Sequence record: KJ997912.1
Reading direction: 5' to 3' (one strand)
DNA: 5,386 nucleotides
From: Enterobacteria phage MED1
The notes beneath the pieces are model-generated. The model was not told the DNA's origin, searched no databases, and saw only the letters and a program-made list of their open reading frames with translations. The position numbers and the translations under genes were made by a program. The stretch's first letter is position 1; each line of letters starts with the position of its first letter. Shown one piece after another: positions 1-3,980 of this stretch.

Positions 1-51
1 GAGTTTTATCGCTTCCATGACGCAGAAGTTAACACTTTCGGATATTTCTGA
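1..51 (+). CDS. B: Internal scaffolding protein B, C-terminal 16 codons plus stop (continuation of 5075..5386 across the circular junction); stop TGA 49-51
   Basis: Translation of 1-51 in frame 1 gives [16 protein letters not shown], the conserved phiX174 B C-terminus; the stop overlaps the K start (TGATG at 49-53). Confidence 0.85.
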   Translation, partial: EFYRFHDAEVNTFGYF

Positions 52-136
52 TGAGTCGAAAAATTATCTTGATAAAGCAGGAATTACTACTGCTTGTTTA
101 CGAATTAAATCGAAGTGGACTGCTGGCGGAAAATGA
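1..136 (+). CDS. A: Replication initiator protein A (and A*), C-terminal segment; continuation across the circular junction of the ORF that runs off the window end at 5386 (position 1 is the third base of the junction codon CAG); stop TGA at 134-136
   Basis: Frame continuous with the 3981..5386 ORF when the ends are joined; translation ...[46 protein letters not shown] matches the phiX174 A C-terminus as I recall it; the stop overlaps the gene C start (ATGA at 133-136). Confidence 0.85.
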   Translation, partial: SFIASMTQKLTLSDISDESKNYLDKAGITTACLRIKSKWTAGGK

Positions 137-221
137 GAAAATTCGACCTATCCTTGCGCAGCTCGAGAAGCTCTTACTTTGCGACCTTTCGCCATCAACT
201 AACGATTCTGTCAAAAACTGA
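51..221 (+). CDS. K: Protein K (56 aa, small nonessential membrane protein), overlapping the end of A and the start of C
   Basis: ATG 51-53 to TGA 219-221; translation [56 protein letters not shown] matches phiX174 K as recalled. Absent from the ORF track, presumably because it is below the length cutoff. Confidence 0.85.
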   Translation: MSRKIILIKQELLLLVYELNRSGLLAENEKIRPILAQLEKLLLCDLSPSTNDSVKN

Positions 222-393
222 TGCGTTGGATGAGGAGAAGTGGCTCAATATGCTTGGCACGTTCGTTAAGGACTGGTTTAGATATGAGTCACATTTTGTT
301 CACGGTAGAGATTCTCTTGTTGACATTTTAAAAGAGCGCGGATTATTATCTGAATCCGATGTAGTTCAACCATTAATAGGTAAAAAATCATGA
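133..393 (+). CDS. C: Protein C (86 aa; DNA maturation, switch from RF replication to ssDNA synthesis/packaging)
   Basis: ATG 133-135 (ATGA overlap with the A stop) to TGA 391-393 (ATGA overlap with the D start). The ORF track starts at 115, but that codon is GTG; the canonical start is the ATG at 133 ([11 protein letters not shown]...). Confidence 0.9.
   Translation: MRKFDLSLRSSRSSYFATFRHQLTILSKTDALDEEKWLNMLGTFVKDWFRYESHFVHGRDSLVDILKERGLLSESDVVQPLIGKKS
320..358 (+). promoter_or_regulatory. Promoter pD (sigma70-type) inside gene C, driving the D-E-J-F-G-H late transcript
   Basis: -35 TTGACA at 320-325, 18-bp spacer, -10 TATTAT at 344-349; expected transcription start about 356-358, consistent with the known pD position in phiX174. 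Confidence 0.6.
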
Positions 394-848
394 GTCAAGT
401 TACTGAACAATCTGTACGTTTCCAAACCGCGCTGGCTTCTATCAAGCTGATTCAGGCTTCTGCTGTTCTGGATTTAACCGAAGATGATTTCGATTTTCTG
501 ACGAGTAATAAAGTTTGGATTGCTACTGACCGTTCTCGCGCTCGTCGCTGTGTAGAGGCTTGCGTCTATGGTACATTGGACTTTGTGGGATACCCTCGCT
601 TTCCTGCTCCTGTTGAGTTTATTGCTGCCGTCATTGCTTATTATGTTCATCCCGTCAACATTCAAACGGCCTGTCTCATCATGGAAGGCGCTGAGTTTAC
701 GGAAAACATTATTAATGGCGTCGAGCGTCCGGTTAAGGCCGCTGAGCTGTTCGCGTTTACCCTGCGTGTACGCGCAGGAAACACTGACGTTCTTACTGAC
801 GCAGAAGAGAACGTTCGCCAAAAATTACGCGCAGAAGGAGTGATGTAA
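390..848 (+). CDS. D: External scaffolding protein D (152 aa)
   Basis: ORF 390..848; translation [22 protein letters not shown]... is, as far as I can recall, identical to phiX174 D; start overlaps the C stop (ATGA), stop overlaps the J start (TAATG). Confidence 0.95.
   Translation: MSQVTEQSVRFQTALASIKLIQASAVLDLTEDDFDFLTSNKVWIATDRSRARRCVEACVYGTLDFVGYPRFPAPVEFIAAVIAYYVHPVNIQTACLIMEGAEFTENIINGVERPVKAAELFAFTLRVRAGNTDVLTDAEENVRQKLRAEGVM
568..843 (+). CDS. E: Lysis protein E (91 aa; MraY inhibitor), fully embedded in gene D in the +1 frame
   Basis: ATG 568 with AGAGG at 554-558 upstream; translation MVHWTLWDTLAFLLLLSLLLPSLLIMFIPSTFKRP... matches the phiX174 E N-terminal transmembrane domain including the LLLPSLL proline; the C-terminal half carries several substitutions versus the reference as recalled. 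Confidence 0.9.
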   Translation: MVHWTLWDTLAFLLLLSLLLPSLLIMFIPSTFKRPVSSWKALSLRKTLLMASSVRLRPLSCSRLPCVYAQETLTFLLTQKRTFAKNYAQKE

Positions 849-964
849 TGTCTAAAGGTAAAAAACGTTCTGGCGCTCGCCCCGGTCGTCCGCAGCCGTT
901 GCGAGGTACTAAAGGCAAGCGTAAAGGTGCTCGCCTCTGGTATGTAGGTGGTCAACAATTTTAA
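848..964 (+). CDS. J: DNA-binding / packaging protein J (38 aa, highly basic)
   Basis: ATG 848-850 to TAA 962-964; AGGAG at 836-840; translation MSKGKKRSGARPGRPQPLRGTKGKRKGARLWYVGGQQF matches phiX174 J. Confidence 0.9.
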   Translation: MSKGKKRSGARPGRPQPLRGTKGKRKGARLWYVGGQQF

Positions 965-969
965 TTATA

Positions 970-983
970 GGGGCTTCGGCCCC
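970..983 (+). terminator. J-F intergenic stem-loop GGGGC-UUCG-GCCCC (leaky terminator TJ / mRNA stabilising hairpin)
   Basis: Perfect 5-bp GC stem 970-974/979-983 closing a UUCG tetraloop 975-978; no following U-tract, consistent with an inefficient terminator; the gene F ribosome-binding site GAGG lies just downstream at 990-993. Confidence 0.55.
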
Positions 984-1000
984 TTACTTGAGGATAAATT

Positions 1001-2284
1001 ATGTCTAATGTTCAAACTGGCGCACAACGTATGCCGCATGACCTTTCCCATCTTGGCTTCCTTGCTGGTCAGATTGGTCGTCTTATTACCATTTCAACTA
1101 CTCCGGTTATCGCTGGCGACTCCTTCGAAATGGACGTCGTGGGCGCTCTTCGTCTTTCTCCATTGCGTCGTGGCCTTGCTATTGACTCTACTGTAGACAT
1201 TTTTACTTTTTATGTCCCTCATCGTCATGTTTATGGTGAGCAGTGGATTAAGTTTATGAAGGATGGCGTTAAAGCCGCTCCGCTCCCGACCGTTAACACT
1301 ACTGGTAATATTGACCATGCCGCTTTTCTTGGCACGATTAACCCTGATACCAATAAAATTCCTAAGCATTTGTTTCAGGGTTATCTGAATATCTATAACA
1401 ACTATTTTAAAGCGCCGTGGATGCCTGACCGTACCGAGGCTAACCCCAATCAGCTTAATGAAGATGATGCTCGCTATGGTTTCCGTTGCTGCCATCTTAA
1501 AAACATTTGGACTGCTCCGCTTCCTCCTGAGAGTGAGCTTTCTCGCCAAATGACGACTTCTACCACGTCCATTGACATTATGGGTCTGCAAGCTGCTTAT
1601 GCTAATTTGCATACTGACCAAGAACGTGATTACTTCATGCAGCGTTATCGTGATGTTATTTCTTCATTTGGAGGCAAAACTTCTTATGACGCTGACAACC
1701 GTCCTTTACTTGTCATGCGCTCTAATTTCTGGGCATCTGGCTATGATGTTGATGGAACTGACCAAACGTCGTTAGGCCAGTTTTCTGGTCGTGTTCAACA
1801 GACCTATAAGCATTCTGTGCCGCGTTTCTTTGTTCCTGAGCACGGCACTATGTTTACTCTCGCGCTGGTTCGTTTCCCGCCTACGGCGACTAAAGAGATT
1901 CAGTACTTGAATGCTAAAGGTGCTTTGACTTATACCGATATTGCTGGCGACCCTGCTTTGTATGGTAACTTGCCGCCGCGTGAAATTTCTATGAAGGATG
2001 TTTTTCGTTCTGGTGATTCTTCTAAGAAGTTTAAGATTGCCGAGGGTCAATGGTATCGTTATGCGCCTTCTTATGTTTCACCTGCATATCACCTGCTTGA
2101 AGGCTTCCCATTTATTCAGGAACCGCCTTCCGGTGATTTGCAAGAACGCGTACTTATTCGCCATCATGACTATGACCAGTGTTTCCAGTCCGTTCAGTTG
2201 TTGCAGTGGAATAGTCAGGTTAAATTTAATGTGACCGTTTATCGCAATCTGCCGACCACTCGCGATTCAATCATGACTTCGTGA
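1001..2284 (+). CDS. F: Major capsid protein F (427 aa)
   Basis: ORF 1001..2284 with GAGG 7 nt upstream; translation MSN.QTGA.RMPHDLSHLGFLAGQIGRLITISTTPVIAGDSFEMD... is near-identical to phiX174 F with scattered substitutions. Confidence 0.97.
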   Translation: MSNVQTGAQRMPHDLSHLGFLAGQIGRLITISTTPVIAGDSFEMDVVGALRLSPLRRGLAIDSTVDIFTFYVPHRHVYGEQWIKFMKDGVKAAPLPTVNTTGNIDHAAFLGTINPDTNKIPKHLFQGYLNIYNNYFKAPWMPDRTEANPNQLNEDDARYGFRCCHLKNIWTAPLPPESELSRQMTTSTTSIDIMGLQAAYANLHTDQERDYFMQRYRDVISSFGGKTSYDADNRPLLVMRSNFWASGYDVDGTDQTSLGQFSGRVQQTYKHSVPRFFVPEHGTMFTLALVRFPPTATKEIQYLNAKGALTYTDIAGDPALYGNLPPREISMKDVFRSGDSSKKFKIAEGQWYRYAPSYVSPAYHLLEGFPFIQEPPSGDLQERVLIRHHDYDQCFQSVQLLQWNSQVKFNVTVYRNLPTTRDSIMTS

Positions 2285-2315
2285 TAAAAGATTAAGTGTG
2301 AGGTTATAACGCCGA

Positions 2316-2343
2316 AGCGGTAAAAATTTTAATTTTTGCCGCT
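2316..2343 (+). terminator. F-G intergenic long hairpin (terminator TF; core of the PriA / n-prime primosome assembly site used for complementary-strand synthesis)
   Basis: AGCGGTAAAAATT (2316-2328) pairs with AATTTTTGCCGCT (2331-2343), with one G-U wobble; smaller GC hairpins flank it (CCG-AAG-CGG at 2312-2320, GCG-AAG-CGC at about 2359-2367). The F-G intergenic region of phiX174 is the known n-prime recognition site. Confidence 0.5.
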
Positions 2344-2394
2344 GAGGGGTTGACCAAGCGAAGCGCGGTAGGTTTTCTGCTTAGGAGTTTAATC

Positions 2395-2922
2395 ATGTTT
2401 CAGACTTTTATTTCTCGCCATAATTCAAACTTTTTTTCTGATAAGCTGGATCTCCGTTCTGTTACTCCAGCTTCTTCAGCACCTGTTTTACAGACACCTA
2501 AAGCTACATCGTCAACGTTATATTTTAATGAGTTGATGGTTAACGCTGGTAATGGTGGTTTTCTTCATTGCATTCAGATGGACACATCTGTCAACGCCGC
2601 TAATCAGGTTGTTTCTGTTGGTGCTGATATTGCTTTTGATGTCGACCCTAAATTTTTTGCCTGTTTGGTTCGCTTTGAGTCTTCTTCGGTTCCGACTACC
2701 CTCCCGACTGCTTATGATGTTTATCCTTTGGATGGTCGCCATGATGGTGGTTATTATACTGTTAAGGATTGCGTGACTATTGACGTTCTTCCCCGTACGC
2801 CGGGCAATAATGTTTATGTTGGTTTCATGGTTTGGTCTAACTTTACCGGTACTAAATGCCGCGGATTGGTTTCGCTGAATCAGGTTATTAAAGAGATTAT
2901 TTGTCTCCAGCCACTTAAGTGA
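2395..2922 (+). CDS. G: Major spike protein G (175 aa)
   Basis: ATG 2395 with AGGAG at 2383-2387; the ORF track's 2350 start is an in-frame upstream extension without an RBS; translation [18 protein letters not shown]... matches phiX174 G with a few substitutions. Confidence 0.95.
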   Translation: MFQTFISRHNSNFFSDKLDLRSVTPASSAPVLQTPKATSSTLYFNELMVNAGNGGFLHCIQMDTSVNAANQVVSVGADIAFDVDPKFFACLVRFESSSVPTTLPTAYDVYPLDGRHDGGYYTVKDCVTIDVLPRTPGNNVYVGFMVWSNFTGTKCRGLVSLNQVIKEIICLQPLK

Positions 2923-2930
2923 GGTGATTT

Positions 2931-3917
2931 ATGTTTGGTGCTATTGCTGGCGGTATTGCTTCCGCTCTTGCTGGCGGCGCCATGTCTAAATTGTTTGGAG
3001 GCGGTCAAAAAGCCGCCTCCGGTGGCATTCAAGGTGATGTGCTTGCTACCGATAACAATACTGTAGGCATGGGTGACGCTGGTATTAAATCTGCCATTCA
3101 AGGCTCTAATGTTCCTAACCCTGATGAGGCCGCCCCTAATTTTGTTTCTGGTGCTATGGCTAAAGCTGGTAAAGGGCTTCTTGAAGGTACGTTGCAGGCT
3201 GGCACTTCTGCCGTTTCTGATAAGTTTCTTGATTTGGTTGGACTTGGTGGCAAGTCTGCCGCTGATAAAGGAAAGGATACTCGTGATTATCTTGCTGCTG
3301 CATTTCCTGAGCTTAACGCTTGGGAGCGTGCTGGTGCTGGTGCTTCCTCTGCTGGTATGGTTGACGCCGGATTTGAGAATCAAAAAGAGCTTACTAAAAT
3401 GCAACTGGACAATCAGAAAGAGATTGCCGAGATGCAAAATGAAACTCAAAAGGAGATTGCTGGCATTCAGTCGGCGACTTCCCGTCAGAATACGAAAGAC
3501 CAAGTATATGCACAAAATGAGATGCTTGCTTATCAACAAAAGGAGTCTACTGCTCGCGTTGCGTCTATTATGGAAAACACCAATCTTTCCAAGCAACAGC
3601 AGGTTTCTGAGATTATGCGCCAGATGCTTATACAGGCTCAAACGGCTGGCCAGTATTTTACTAACGACCAAATCAAAGAGATGACTCGCAAGGTTAGCGC
3701 TGAAGTTGACTTGGTTCATCAACAGACGCAGAATCAGCGGTATGGTTCTTCTCATATTGGTGCTACTGCTAAGGATATTTCTAATGTCGTCACTGATGCT
3801 GCTTCTGGTGTGGTTGATATTTTTCATGGTATTGATAAAGCTGTTGCCGACACTTGGAACAATTTCTGGAAAGACGGTAAAGCTGATGGCATTGGCTCTA
3901 ATTTGTCTAGGAAGTAA
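2931..3917 (+). CDS. H: Minor spike / DNA pilot protein H (328 aa)
   Basis: ORF 2931..3917; RBS GAGGTGA at 2921-2927 overlaps the G stop; Gly-rich N-terminus ([25 protein letters not shown]) and Q/E/K-rich central coiled-coil region typical of phiX174 H. Confidence 0.95.
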   Translation: MFGAIAGGIASALAGGAMSKLFGGGQKAASGGIQGDVLATDNNTVGMGDAGIKSAIQGSNVPNPDEAAPNFVSGAMAKAGKGLLEGTLQAGTSAVSDKFLDLVGLGGKSAADKGKDTRDYLAAAFPELNAWERAGAGASSAGMVDAGFENQKELTKMQLDNQKEIAEMQNETQKEIAGIQSATSRQNTKDQVYAQNEMLAYQQKESTARVASIMENTNLSKQQQVSEIMRQMLIQAQTAGQYFTNDQIKEMTRKVSAEVDLVHQQTQNQRYGSSHIGATAKDISNVVTDAASGVVDIFHGIDKAVADTWNNFWKDGKADGIGSNLSRK

Positions 3918-3926
3918 CCGTCAGGA

Positions 3927-3955
3927 TTGACACCTTTCTAATTGTGTGATTTCAT
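3927..3955 (+). promoter_or_regulatory. Candidate promoter pA in the H-A intergenic region
   Basis: -35 TTGACA at 3927-3932; TG at 3947-3948 followed by a weak -10 TTTCAT at 3950-3955 (extended -10 arrangement, 17-bp spacer). Position agrees with the known pA of phiX174; exact start site not determinable from sequence. Confidence 0.45.
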
Positions 3956-3980
3956 GCCTCCAAACTTTGGAGGCTTTTTT
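3956..3980 (+). terminator. Rho-independent terminator TH: GCCTCCAAA/TTTGGAGGC hairpin followed by a T6 run, immediately before the A start codon
   Basis: Inverted repeat 3956-3964 / 3966-3974, then TTTTTT at 3975-3980; the 3-prime arm contains GGAGG (3969-3973), which also serves as the Shine-Dalgarno sequence of gene A (ATG 3981). Confidence 0.6.

Noticed and set aside
115-132. Upstream extension of gene C to position 115 as given in the ORF track
   Set aside because: Position 115 is a GTG, not an ATG, and lies inside the A coding end; the canonical C start is the ATG at 133, which forms the ATGA overlap with the A stop.
2350-2394. Upstream extension of gene G to 2350 (190-aa ORF in the track)
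   Set aside because: The AGGAG Shine-Dalgarno at 2383-2387 sits correctly for the ATG at 2395, which gives the canonical [12 protein letters not shown]-terminus; the 2350 start lies in the structured F-G intergenic region with no RBS.
474-3827. Minus-strand ORFs in the track (474..821, 662..958, 1094..1621, 1772..2050, 2518..2742, 2880..3827, plus 3921..4112 and 5006..5209)
   Set aside because: Microvirus genomes are transcribed from one strand only (virion-sense equals mRNA-sense); these ORFs are antisense to well-supported genes, lack ribosome-binding sites, and give low-complexity Ser/Arg/Asn-rich translations typical of antisense reading of T-rich coding DNA.
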